Part shown: positions 12,346 through 25,558 of the stretch, in pieces
Position numbering within the stretch: position 1 is the stretch's first letter
How the letters are laid out: each line of letters starts with the position of its first letter
Source: Balanoglossus misakiensis
Lineage: Eukaryota > Animalia > Hemichordata
Direction: 5' to 3'
DNA: 64,000 nucleotides
Assembly: GCA_040954595.2 (NCBI GenBank)
Contig: CM082597.2
Coordinates: 9,207,778 to 9,271,777, forward strand
Position numbers and translations under genes: made by a program
Notes under the pieces: model-generated
What the model was told of the DNA's origin: nothing
The model's database searches: none
The model's input: only the letters and a program-made list of their open reading frames with translations

Positions 12346-13835
12346 ACTCGCGTGTGTGTTTCCTTCGCCCCTCGTCACAATTCACTCGTTCATCGCAATT
12401 CATAAACAAATGAAAAACCAGCAAGACGATTCGGGTTAGTTTGAGCCCCCAGCCTTTAATATTTGCATCAAACAATGGGGGAGAGGGCAGTGTTTCCTCA
12501 TTTTATGTTTGGCTCGAGGTTTTTTCACGGTCCCTCAGGCGCGTAAACGAAGTTAGATTATCACACAGAATGTAATTATCTTGCATAAAAAAAGAACAAA
12601 ACTTATATGGGGGAGAGATGGGACCAAGAAGCTTTTGGTTTTTACCCATTAGGCACTTAATTAACTTAAAAATAATAATAATTAATTCCAGGGTAAAGCC
12701 GAAAGCTATTGCGTGCACCATCAACAAACTATTTTGGCACTTTATATCAGTATGATGAGCAGATATTATTTCTGTTCATCATTTCAATTTGAATACTATG
12801 ACACGTTTCAAATGGGTATGCAAGATTTATTACATCAGCAGTTAGCCACCTAGCCACACTTAGCTACACTATATATGAACAAATAATGAAATTAATTTAC
12901 CCACAAGAGGTGTTCTTGGAGAATGTTTACACATGGTCAGTTCGACTCTGTCAATGCCTAGGGTTGTAACATTAATCTTCATTATAGTTCATATATAGTG
13001 AATAAATTTATTCCAAATTCATTTGTTAAGTTCTTACTTTGTTCAAAATTTTAAAAACATCGTTTCCGTTAGGGGCTCAATGTTACCCTACTCGTCTTGC
13101 CCACTTTTCACATGATTCCAGTTCTTAACTACGCGAAAGATAACCTGGGGAAATTGCTGTCCACCAGTCGTGCTTCCAATTCAAGACAGAAAATTTACTA
13201 GTATTTTATGCGATTCAAAGCAAGGCATATTGCACAATTCACATAGAAAGTTTACTGTTGTGATTTTACCTCTTCAGGTCGACTAATAAAGATAGGCTGA
13301 AATCTTTGTTATGTGATGCAATAGGGCAAAACACTTTGGGGGGGGGGGGTTTCACACCATACTCATACTCGCTGCGTAGCACCAATGTTGGGTCTGGGTC
13401 GGTGTAGAAAAACCAATGTGGACACGCTAAGTGGGCACAGGGCTGACTTAGTTTGGGAGCATTCTATGTGAGTAAATATCCCATTTGTTTTCGTTTGTGT
13501 CGGCCACTTACCTGGAAACCACCTCATTTGATTTCTTGTTAATTGCATATTTGATCAGCAGATGCTAAAAAACTGACATGCCTACAAGCAACCATTGTCA
13601 AACACGAAAACAATCAAATTCATTATATTATTTGTGTAGAGGCCATAAATTGTCACTGTGTGGCACTATAGCAATTGCCACTGAAGAGCCACATCCCTGT
13701 TAGACTAGTATCTAGCCGTATTTTGTCTGCTTTGCTTTCAAAACTACGTCAAGCTTCATGCATGCCATTGGCCCAATTTCCAATGATTGGACAAAGGTTA
13801 TACATATATGTGTAATGAAGGATGGGTAACATTTT

Positions 13836-15162
13836 TATTTTAAACTTAGCTTTCCTTTACACCAAATCACCATTGTTCACTTTATGTAAGTAACTTCATT
13901 CAAGGGGACGCTAGTTACAACACAAAACCCCCTAGCTAGATTATAATTATCCACACCCTACAATCTCTGTATTGGAGAATAACTGTGTACAAGTGTCATA
14001 TGCGATACCATCACTCTAAAATTTCCAAGAGATTTCGTCAGTAAAGCTGACCCAGAATTCATATGCTGAGTCATTAACGTTCCTAGAACAAGATGGACAA
14101 ACTGTCGATGTGAGATGTTTTAAGATGACCTTTTGATTTTGAGCTAATCAGGAACTTTTAATTTGATCCAGGTTGAGTTCATGACTTTCCGGATTCACCC
14201 GAAGTTACTCCGAAATGGTTCGGATGTAAACACGAATAATATCCAAAATGGCTGCCTCCAGGGGGATCGTGTTCGAGTGAGATTTGATGAACTATTGCTG
14301 ATGATTGATGCTCGTCGTCGATAAGAGTTGAAGCCCAGTAGTAGTATACAGATCGGACTTATTGTTTGTTGTGTTCCAGTAGTTTCAGAAGAATAGAATA
14401 GTATTTTGACTAGTATTTGTGTTCGGCCAGCGACCTGCTGATCTGTTGCTATGAACATTGTCAGCATGTCATGTACATCAGGATGTTAGTACAGGCTGTA
14501 CAGTACTGTCTGCATAGCTGCAGTTCAGTAGCTGAGGCTTTGCCTTGGATTACTGCGAGTCTACGACGGTCTGCTGCCTTTCTGAGGGAATTGCTGATTA
14601 TCCTCATTGATTTCCTGAACTCTGACTTTTGGAAATTCCGTCGACCATCGTTGGATTTTGCCAACTAAAGACAGTCATCAATGGAACTATTTATGTGCAC
14701 ATCATACAGCTGGGTACATTGATATACAGGCAACAGATACATTTTTCATTCTGTTTTATGCCCAGGGTGTAATTTCTAGTGGCATAGCGTATAATCTTTC
14801 ATGTGGTGAATTATACATTTGAGAGTAGGTAGTTTTAAGATGGTGAATGTAGTTGATTTTTCATGTGTGAACCCCCTTGGGAGAAAGTTTGATTTCCTAA
14901 TTTGTAAAATAATTCAAACTACAGTAGGATGTTGATTATCCGAATTGTTCTGTTATCTGCATTTGCTCTCGTTTTTATTGTGCAGCACTGTGGTGATAAT
15001 TGTTATCCTTGTTGAAGTTTGTACATACTTGTGAAGTTATTTGATGATAGATGAGTTCATTACAAGAGTGTTGAAGCAGAGGTCGCGTTTACACAAAAAA
15101 GATGTATGCATAAATACCTACTTTCATTTGAGTCAGTATTGATGCACAGGTAACAGCCAATC
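13836..15162 (+). repeat. Inverted duplicate of 2478-3820
   Basis: Reverse-complement match from tattttaaacttagctttcc to cacaggtaacagccaatc. Confidence 0.9.
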
Positions 15163-15904
15163 TAGCACAATGATCAAAGTAAACCGTACCGGCTGAGTAT
15201 GTCTTAATTGGAGGTAACAATCAAGCTAGCAGAGAGCGTGTCAGATTTGTGGATCAGTTTGCAGTTTTCAGGCAAGATGACATTTAATTGTTTATGTCTC
15301 ACTGTACTTTGACATCATATATCTTACTAGATTAAAATTCACAAGTCTCAAAAATAATTATGAAGTTTCATTCAAATGTTATCCAATTGCGTATGTTATT
15401 TGCCGCCACACTTGATATTTTTCTGTTATAACTCTAAACTTTGACCTGTGCCGTGCCATAGCAACCAGTTTGTTTACGCTGTTGTTGTCATTTAGGGGCA
15501 CCAAATTGTAAATTTGCTGAAGCCATACCACTAACATATCAGCATTTTGCGCAGTCACTGCTGAATTTGTGCTGGTAAACTAGTCGGAACAAAGTACATG
15601 TATAGCTGTTGTCAGTTTTCCAAACCACCTAGTGATTTTGAAAATCTAGCAATCGCAAAAGATGCGAACGATGTGCATGCATCTATTTCTTCAAAAACTG
15701 TAAACGGACACTTGATAGAGATGTCAAAGTGGCAGCAAATAATACAATGCACTGTGTGAAAGAGGTGAGTGTGGAATGGAGAAGGCATGGTAGAACTTTT
15801 TGTCAAACGTGCACGTGTGAATATTTTAGCAAGAGGGGGAAGAAAGTTAGCCTTGCAAAGTACAGGAGGATAGACACTGCCACTGGCACCAGTAATGACA
15901 TCAC

Positions 15905-16625
15905 CCAATTCCAAAACAGGGTGATCCCCTCCCCTATAATCCACCCCCCCCCCCCCCACGGCTGAAGCAACCGACCAGTCCCTTAGTAAGCTCATGATTT
16001 ATGTGAAGTTAAACACAGGTTGTATTGTGAAGTAATTGTTAGTGTATCACCAGCGAAGACATGAGTGTATACTGCTACAAACATCAAAATGTAGAGACAT
16101 TTGGAAGTCAATAAAATCAGCAATTTTCTCTTCCACCAGACCCAGTTCGACGATACAAGGTGAAATTATTTGTGTCCATCAAATCCTGATAACAACCAGA
16201 CTCATAGTATCTACATAAGAAATGTATTTGCAGAACAGTGGTGAGTTTTTTGCTGAGGCCTATGGCCAGCAAATTGTTAAAACACAAATGTTTTATTGCA
16301 AGGGCAATATCATGATTGTTAGCCTGCGCGCAAGGGGTGGTGATCTCTGACCATAAAATTGATGATGCCCAAGCAGAGAGCGCCAGCCTGAGGGCAGGCT
16401 GAAAATCGTGATGTTTCCCGAGCATTTTGAGTTACTCATTTTCTTAACCAGAATATTTGGTACATAAAGAATAGAACAAATTCCGGGTTGTGGCCATGCG
16501 AATCTGATGTGTTCATTATCCATTTGCAGTAAAATGTCATCCAACTGAATAGATTAAGGTGCGTTGCTCTTTGAAGCCATATATGTGGGAGATTGAGATT
16601 GATTCCAACAACAATTTGTCATGTG
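15905..16625 (-). repeat. Inverted duplicate of 4163-4655, including one end of the TAA MITE
   Basis: gctgaagcaaccgaccagtcccttagtaagctcatg is the reverse complement of ~4565-4600. Confidence 0.85.
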
Positions 16626-16640
16626 CAGAAAAGATGCACA

Positions 16641-17768
16641 TGTAGAGGCTTTAAATCATCGTGGTATTTAGTCACTGTTTGGCGCTATAGCCATTGCCAC
16701 GATCAGAGCCGCATCCCTGTATTATTCACATATATCTCATTTTTGAACATTGGGCATCATGTGACGATGAGAAAGTAGTTCTATGTTGTGTTTGACTGTG
16801 TATGTCTGTACGATGATTTGATGACGAATCACTATTACTTTTCTGTAGACTGAAGTATTTTCTGTAATTTGATGGTGTAGTTACAAGCTCACATGATGTG
16901 CGCTATTATTTTTACAAATTCTAGCGAGCTTGTCATATATCACTACGCACTGTCAAGGGTCTATGGCGTGATGGCTGATAGTGAGTAGTTTTTGTAGAGT
17001 TTCGATCCGAAGTTCGAGAGAGTTTTTGTTGAGTCGATCTGGCGCAGATTTTGGCCAGAGTGTGCGTACCGAGTCGTGAATGTCCCTGGAGCGGTTCGAC
17101 TATTCACCAGTTCCAGAGGACAAGAGCGAGATATGGTATTTTGAGAACTTTCGATTTCGATTTTTTATATCGGAATTGATCGAGAACTTTCCAGTTAAAC
17201 TAGCTAGGTGAGTTGTACGTGCTTTCCGATCTCGCTCGATGTGATCCGAACATCGCCCGAGCAGATTCCAGAACTTTTCCAGGTGGCTGCCGCTATTTCT
17301 GAGGGTTTTGCCGATATGTTGCTGATGTCCCGAACTCGACGTTTCTGAGGGTTTCGCCGATTTGTTGCTGATTTTGCTGAACTTGACTTTCGTGTATCGT
17401 GAGAAGAGTTTCGTCGATCGTCGTTGGATTGCAGAACTGTTGTCTACACAGTGAACAGTGCAGCTGAGTATACATTGACAGAGACAGTAGAGACATTGAA
17501 CGCTTTATTTCGTAGATAGTGTGCATTTTTCTAGAGTTTCTTGTTGTGCTTTGAATGTGTTTCAGAGAGATATTATAGTGTTTTCTGAGAAAGATATCAG
17601 TGTGTGGTGTGTCTGTTTCAATCCCCCTGTCTGTAAGAATGCTGATGCTGTATCTGTGTACCAATGTCAGCAGCCAAACCTCAGACCGATGCCCAATTGA
17701 AAGAGAGAGAGATCTTTTGCTGTAGCTACGTACTTGTTAGACCATTGTCCGGCAAGAAACGGGTTACA
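16641..17768 (+). repeat. 5' LTR
   Basis: tgtagagg...gggttaca; roughly 20 mismatches to the 3' LTR by eye (~98% identical). Confidence 0.97.
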
Positions 17769-17773
17769 TCAGA

Positions 17774-17783
17774 TGGCGCCCAA
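17774..17783 (+). promoter_or_regulatory. Primer-binding-site-like motif
   Basis: TGGCGCCCAA 5 nt after the LTR end; resembles a tRNA-Lys-type PBS. Confidence 0.6.
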
Positions 17784-18077
17784 AATGAGTGAGGCTTGAG
17801 GGTTTGGTAGTTTGTTAGTGTGTTGACGTACCAGAGACAGATATACAGCGTTTGACAGGGATATATATTGAGACAGACACTGATTTTTGAATATAGTATA
17901 GTTATTAGTAGTAGATTTTGCTCACTTTAAACAGGCGACTTACAGACACTCAGGTGAGTCATATATGTGTGTCCGTCGTTCAATAAAGGATTGTGTGTCC
18001 TTGTTGGAGTGAGTGAGTTGACGAGTGCAACACGTTGAAATTTTCCTGTACAATTTGTTGCATAGAAATACTAAAGT

Positions 18078-19941
18078 ATGGCCGAAAGTGACATATTTCA
18101 GCCTGTCGTTAGAGGGGAAGTGCCCATTCCTAGTATTAGAGGGGAGGCGTCCATTCCTAGCATTAAAGGGGAACAGCTCACTCCTAACATTAAAGGGGAG
18201 GTGTCCACTCCTACTGGCACTGTGCCACCCCCGAGGAAGGGTTTTTCTGATACAGCCACTACTGTCAAAACTGGCAGGGGTCGGGGTTTTGTTCGATACT
18301 CCCCTGGGGGTATAGCGCGAGAGCAGCGATTGACTAGTACGTTAGATGATCTCGAGAAATCATTGCATCAGAAAGAATCAGAGATTGAAAAGTTGCAAGA
18401 GTTGATGATCAAGCGGAAAAGTTAGACGCAGACGAATCAGCTATTCGTCGATGGCTGGCTCTGTCTGATAGCGACACAGCTGGTATGGCTGTAGGTGGTC
18501 CACATACGCCAGCACCTGTGCCATCTACACCTACATTATCTGGCTTTACCGAAAAGTCAGGTGATGGCGCGAGCAGTATGACTCAGGGTGTGACGCCTAC
18601 TGTTTCTTCACCCCCTGGAGCGATGGCAGCGCAAGCGAGCGATGCAATTGTTACGACTCCCCATGGTGCCGCGCGTTTTCCACATGCTGGTGCTGTGCCA
18701 GTAGCGTTTTATCAGCCGCCCCGATTATCCACTTTTTCGGGCGATCCTGATAGAAAAATGGATGTAGATTTTGAGCTCTGGAAATATGAAGTCGACTGTT
18801 TGCGGCAAGATCCCACTCACAACATGAAAGTTTTAGTACAAACCGTTAGGAAATCGCTGCGCAGGTCTACTGGCCGACTTGTCATGAATATGGGCAGTGA
18901 TGTTACGTTGGACCAAGTTTTGGATAAACTCGAAATCAGTTTCGGGGAAGTCGAAACAGGAGCGCTGTTATTGGAGAAATTCTACAACAACAGTAAACAG
19001 AAAGAGAGCGAAACAGTTTCACAATATGGAAACAGACTTGAAGCTGAGATCCACAAAATCCGCAGAAGAGGTGGGATTGGTCCCGATGCCATAGATGAAA
19101 CTCTCAAAACTGTCTTCTGGCGAGGACTGAAGTCAGACAGAGTGTTCGATGTACTTCGTTCAGCAGTCCGAAAAGGCACCACTTTTGAGGAGCTGCTGCA
19201 GTTGGCGAGAAATGTAGAACAAGAAGGCAAAGAGCGTACTGGAGATGAGAAACCCAAACGGCAATTCATAGGAAGAACTCAACAGGTTACTTCAGCCGAC
19301 GACAGTGGTAGCTCCAGTGGGAAGAATCTAGAAAGTGAGGCCATGAAGATGATAAAGTTGACAGTTGAAGGAATCCAGGGGTTAGCTGAAACAGTGAAGT
19401 CCCAAGCAGCTAGTATGAAGAGTCTGGAAACTGAAGTGAGACGCACCGCTGAACGAGTTGAAAAACTTGAACTCCAAAGAGGTGGACTGAACCGAACCCC
19501 AGAGACAGGTCCAGCACCGACCCAGAAAGATACCAGTTCTTCCAAACCATTTCAGTGCTACAACTGTGGGAAGGAAGGACATATGGCAAAGCATTGTAAG
19601 GAACCCAGGAAAGAAGATAGTAGATCATGTTTCAAATGTGGAGAGCGAGGACACATTGCGAAACGCTGTGAGAAAGCCGATCGCCACAGTTCGTCGGGAC
19701 TACCTCGTATCAATATGTGCAAACTATACCGAGGTCAGTTAGGAAGAAAACCCATTCAAGTACAACCCCAGAGAGCTGGCTTGATTGGTGGTGCTATGGA
19801 AGGAAAAATCTTCGTCGAGGGAACAGAAACGTCCTGTCTCATAGATACTGGATCCCAGGTTTCCACTATCAGCAAGAGTTTCTACGATGAGTACCTGTCT
19901 GCCTTACCCATACAGAGTACAGAAGACACCTTGACCATTAA
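18078..19941 (+). pseudogene. gag: Gag (PNMA/Ma-like capsid, two CCHC knuckles) and N-terminal aspartic protease; disrupted near 18425-18485
   Basis: [46 protein letters not shown], protease motif LIDTGSQVS. Confidence 0.9.
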
Positions 19942-20517
19942 AGGTCTCATGTCATGCTTTGGAAAGTTTTCATTTTTCCACGTCAAAAGCTCACCTAGGG
20001 TACCTGTCTATGCATTGCCTATTGTGTCGGTTCCGAAAAATGTGCGCGAATGCCGGAATTTGCCCCCTTTTTTCATGCCTGTGATCGGGGAGCCACTTCG
20101 CACTCGAGCCAGGCGAAGGTATTTGCATATGGACAAACAAGTACACTACGTCGTAGTGTACCATTCTGTTTACAGTAAAGTGTAATTATCGGTCCATGAG
20201 TAATTAAGTCCACAGACAAAGACAAGCTATATAAACAGTGTTCAAAGCAAAGGAAGCCCTTGCCTCACATTGCAGGCAGAGGATTTACAAAGGTGTGAAA
20301 GACTATTTGTCCACATCAAGATAAGTCTTCGGCTTAACTTCGAAAAGCCGAAAAAAATCAACTGAGTTGGGTTAGGGGTACACGCCCACCCGCCACTTTT
20401 ACTTGCTTGTTATCTAAGCACAAGGGGCAAAACGCATTGCAAGATAGTAACATACGTTAACTTCAAGACCCAAATAGTGATTTTACGCGTGGTTGTATAG
20501 GGCATGGCATGAGACCT
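19942..20517. mobile_element. 576-bp non-autonomous DNA transposon (Kolobok-type) inserted in the Gypsy protease
   Basis: TTAA TSD (19938-19941, 20518-20521); TIRs AGGTCTCATGTCATGC / GCATGGCATGAGACCT. Removing it restores TLTIKGANDQPIPFIGIVE. Confidence 0.88.
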
Positions 20518-20521
20518 TTAA

Positions 20522-23500
20522 GGGAGCCAATGACCAGCCGATACCCTTCATAGGCATTGTCGAGGCAGTCATGTCCTTCCCCTTGATGATTTCGGTGATG
20601 ATCGAGAATACACGATTCCTGCATTGCTTGTACCAGACAACGAGTACAACAAAGTGGTGCCAGTGTTGATTGGGATGAACCTACTTGAATTGTACCCCAG
20701 GGCTTCAATCAAGACTCAGAGACGGAGAGGAGCCAGATTGTGTAGAATATCAGCTGTTGCCGAAGGAGTTTTCAGAAAGTTAGATGCTAGAGACCGTTTT
20801 GTTGGAAAGAAAGGTGACTTGGGACCTGTACGAGCTCTGATACGACACCCAGTGAAATTGGATCCAGGACATGGTACCACTATCTGGGGACGTGCCAGGA
20901 AAGGACTGCTGGGTGATCAGTATATTGTCTCAGTGGAGCCGACCTCTGAAAATTCAGGAGACTACACCACGAGTCCTGCAGTTTCAGTTTTGAAATGTCA
21001 ACAACACAAGTCGAAAGTGCCTGTGTGTGTGCAGAATATGTCGTCCACCCCAGTAACCATTCGACCGGGGGAGATCATAGCTAGAGTACATGTTGTCACT
21101 TGGTTTGGTAGACCAGATGAGTATGCTGCTGTTATGGAAGACGCCAGTGACACCGAAGGCAAGCCAACGTCATCAGGGAAGTCTGTACCGAGTTCGAGAA
21201 AGATAGTCCTGCAGAGTGGAATAGAATTCGACGTGTCCAATCCCCGATAGATGAGATGCAACTGAAGAAAGTGTCTGATCTTCTACAGCAGAAAGAAGAA
21301 GTCTTTTCCAAACATGAAAACGACTTAGGATATAGCTCCGTCGAGAAACACAAGATTCGCTTGTCCGATGACCAGCCGATCAGAGAGAGACATAGAAGAA
21401 TCCCACCCGCCATGTATGAGGAGGTGCGGCAGGTTTTGAGAGGAATGCAAGAAAGTGGAGTAATTCGAGAATCTCATAGTCCTTGGGCGGCGCCCATAGT
21501 ATTGGTCCGCAAGAAGGATGGTCAGACCCGACTGTGTATCGATTATCGTAAGCTGAATTCTCGTACAATTCGTGACTCGTACGCACTGCCAAGAATCGAT
21601 GAGAGCCTAGAAGCCATTGGAGGAGCAAGGTGGTTTTCCTCTTTGGACCTAAAGTCGGGATACTGGCAGATCGGAATGTCCGAAGAAGATATCGAGAAGA
21701 CAGCTTTTTTGACACCAATGGGATTTTGGGAGTGCACCACCATGCCCATGGGTTTGACAGGGAGCCCTGCCACATTTCAGAGATGCATGGATAAATGTCT
21801 AGGAGATCTTCACTTGAACGTTTGCCTCGTATACCTCGACGATATCATCATTTTCTCCAAAACGTTTGATGAGCATCTGGAGCGTTTGTCACTAGTTCTT
21901 GACCGACTCAGAGAGAAAGGCTTAAAACTCAAACCGAGTAAATGCCAGCTGCTTAGATCCAGAGTCAAATACTTGGGCCACATCATATCCGAGAATGGCA
22001 TTGAGACTGATCCTGACAAAGTTCGCGCCCTGAAAGAATGGAAGGTACCCACCTCTGCTAGAGAAGTCAAAAGATTCCTAGGCTTTGCTGGATACTATCG
22101 ACGCTTCGTCGAAGGCTACTCCAACATTGTGAAGCCCTTGAACGAGTTGACAGCCGGATTACCTACCAAGAGAAAAGCCAATGGTAGAAGCCGTGAAAGA
22201 CCATGTAGATTGCCACCGTTTGAATGGAGACCAGAGCATCAGAAGGCGTTTGACACAGTCATAGAGAAACTTACCAGCCCACCCATATTGGCGTATGCTG
22301 ATTACAGTAAGCTGTTCGAACTCCATACCGACGCAAGCCACACTGGATTGGGGGCTGTGTTGTACCAGGGAGATGGAGAGCAGAAGAGAGTCATCATGTA
22401 TGCTAGTAGAAGTCTGTCTCACAGCGAAAGGAATTACCCGGCACACAAACTGGAATTTCTCGCACTCAAGTGGGCGGTGACCGAAAAGTTCCATGATTAC
22501 TTGTATGGAAACAAATTTCTGGTAGTAACAGACAACAACCCACTGACTTATGTCAACACTACCGCGAAGTTAGACGCAACGGGTCATAGATGGCTAGCCG
22601 CTCTATCAACCTATGACTTTCAGCTGATGTATAGACCAGGAAAGCAGAACAGCGACACTGATGGACTATCACGCCAAGTTCCTAAAGTTCCACAGCGCCA
22701 GAGATTTGAGAGAAGAGAAGAAGTAGATACGAAGATGTCAGAGCCAGAAGATGAAGCAGTCCTCCTGTCGGAAGAAGTAGTTCGAGTGATGTGTCAGACC
22801 CCTCAGGTATCCAACCATGCTTGGGTGGAGGCGATAACCTGTACAGAGGACTCAGTTCCCAAGAGTCTGGATGAACCCCTGTCTGTTCCCGGTGTAGTGT
22901 CGTTACCGGCTATCAGTGGAAGAAACTACAAGAGGAAGATCAGATGATAGGAAGACTGCGTTGGTATTTGAGCAGAGGACACTCTCCAACAAAGGAAGAG
23001 AAGGAGAAGGAGACGAGTTCCCTTGTTGCTGCATCGAGAGAATGGAACCGAAACTGCTTTCGAGAGGGAGTATTGTACCGAAAGAGACAGAGTCCCGAAG
23101 GAAAGCCGCAATATCAGCTAGTCTTACCAGCTCATTATCGTGGTACCGCACTAGAGGGAATTCACGATGATGTAGGCCATCTAGGACAGGAACGAACACT
23201 GGAATTGTTACGAGCCCGATTCTATTGAGCATTCATGAGTAGAGATGTAGATCAGAAGATCAAGACATGTGAACGATGTACTAGAAGAAAACTACAGAGC
23301 AATCAGCAGGCCACAGCTCAGATGGTTAGTATCCAGACTACTCAGCCCCTGTAACTAGTCTGTATGGACTACCTTACTGTTGAGGACTGAAAGGGAGGAG
23401 TAGGGAATATTTTGGTCATGACGGATCATTTTACCCGTTATGCCTTGGCGATCCCGACAGCGAATCAGAAGGCCAAGCCTACAGCCGATCATCTGTACAG

Positions 23501-25087
23501 ACACTTCCTAGTTCATTATGGTTTTCCCAACAAACTGCACTCGGACCAGGGAAGAGATTTTGAATCTCAGGTGATACGTCAGCTCTGCGAGATCACTGGG
23601 ATAGAGAAGACCCGCACTACTCCGTACCATTCCCAGGGCAACGGACATTGTGAAAGGTTCAATAGGACGTTACTTGATATGTTGGGGACGCTGTCGCAAG
23701 ATAAGAAGTCAAACTGGAAGAAGTACGTTGAGCCGCTCGTCCACGCGTACAACTGTACACAGAACGATGCCACTGGTTTCTCGCCGTACTACCTTATGTA
23801 TGGAAGACATCCAAGACTTCCTATCGACATATACATGGGTTTACAGTCAGAGACGGAGGGAAGTGGATATGGTAGTTATGTCAGTGAGATGAGAGATCGA
23901 CTAGCCGACGCCTACAAGCTGGCTGCAAGCAAGTCCAGAGCGAGTTCTGCCCAGAACAAGAAGAGATATGACAAGAAGACCCAGGAGGCTATGTTGGAGC
24001 CAGGAGACATAGTTCTTGTGAAGAATGTTAGCATCAGAGGGAAACACAAAATCGCCGACAGATGGGAACGCCAGTGTTACCGAGTGATCCGAAGAATCAG
24101 CCCTACACCGTGAAATCTGAAGGACCTGATGGAAAAGAGAGAACTTTGCATAGGAACCTGCTTTTACCATGTAGTACTGTGCCTATACAGTATCCAGAGA
24201 GACCCATGAAAGCATGCAAAGAAGAAAAGATCAAAGGAGAGATGGATGGACCCAGAACTCGTAGTCGAGCGAAGATAGAGAAACAGAAAGATCAGTATGA
24301 CGATGACTCAGATGAAGAGACTGATGGAGTATGGAAGATACAAGTTCCCTAGGAGATTGGTGGAGTCAAACAGTTTGGTACACCTTTCAGTCAAACTGAT
24401 ACGCTGGTGGATAGTCCTAGAAAGAGCTTTGCAACTTCTCCATTGCTGAAGGTGGACACTCCTCAGAAATCTCCAAATGGTAGAAGAGTGTATTTTGAGA
24501 GTCCAGAGATGCAGTTGTCACCGACTGAGGATGAGACGAGTATTGTGTACGAGACTGAAAATGAAATTTCTGGTGGACCACAGACATCTCCAGGTGTCTT
24601 GTCTCCAGATGCACCAGTGTTTGTCCCGACAGAGCAGTCATTACCAGAAGAATTGGAGCAGGAAGAGTTGTCTGATGATTCAGCAGTATCAGATGCCGTT
24701 GATGATCCTGATAGACATCCTTCTATCCAGATCGATAGAACGCTACCCAGAAGGTCCCATCGAGTTCGAAGACCGCCTGAGAAGCTGAACCTTTCTCATA
24801 TATGTACAGGAAGAGATGGTAGAACAGATGTCGATGAAGAATCGCTGAGAGAACTCTTGTCGAGAGTTATGGTCCTCTTGAGGAGGGAACGAGTGACGAG
24901 CAGCGGTCTAGAGAAAACAGATGCTACAGAATCTGGAATAGATGCAGATTTCAGTAGATGTGCCGGTTCCGAAGATTTGCTACCAGATGCAGACCAGGAA
25001 CAAGCTGAGAGGATTGATGCTTTGATCCAGGCGAAGAATGACGTGCACTCGAAGCTATCCAGTGGTACGTGCCCATGGTTGACGTGA
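20522..25087 (+). pseudogene. pol: Pol: protease C-terminus, dUTPase-like domain, RT, RNase H, integrase and long C-terminal tail; several stops and frameshifts
   Basis: RLCIDYRKLN, LDLKSGYWQ, YLDD, TDASHTGLGAVL, HDDVGHLG...C..C, HSDQGRDFES, GHCERFNRTL, RRSHRVRRPP. Stops at ~21250, ~23228, ~23354, ~24352. Confidence 0.93.
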
Positions 25088-25558
25088 AGCACTGTGTTGA
25101 GGCATTATTTGCACATGGCCAGGCTGATCCGATGTCGAGGAGGTACTGCTTTGGGATAGTTTTTCATAAATCTTTATGCCTTCTCTGATGAAAGATTTGA
25201 TGACTTTTCATGAGTGTTTTGTCTACTTGTATATGTGAGTCGTTCTCTGTGCTTTTCACCCAAAGTATCGTGGGAAACTTTTTTGAGAACATATTTATAC
25301 TCCATACCTTATACTATAAAGTCATTGTAGAGATATGTGTTGAGTCGATTTGAGAACATGTGAACTGGAACTATGTGTTGTGTAACCATAGTGAAGGTGT
25401 AGCATGTGCAGATGACCGTTTGATATACAAATATCATTTGATATAGAGATATCATTTGATATAGAAGTATAGTTTGATACAGAAGTTTATGTCCTGTAAT
25501 TCATGATTGCCTTTTGAATTTTTACAGTCGGGACGACCTTTTTGTGACCAGGGGAGAA

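Noticed and set aside
11923-12475. Five overlapping 120-170 aa ORFs
   Set aside because: By-product of a stop-poor minisatellite.
17293-17664. 123-aa antisense ORF present twice (also 26211-26582)
   Set aside because: Lies inside the LTRs; duplication explains the recurrence and there is no recognisable domain.
19942-20185. C-terminal 80 aa of the 566-aa ORF
   Set aside because: Read-through into the inserted MITE, not part of Gag-protease.
24407-25087. Separate env-like third ORF
   Set aside because: In frame with the integrase tail across one stop; acidic, low-complexity, with no signal peptide or transmembrane segment.
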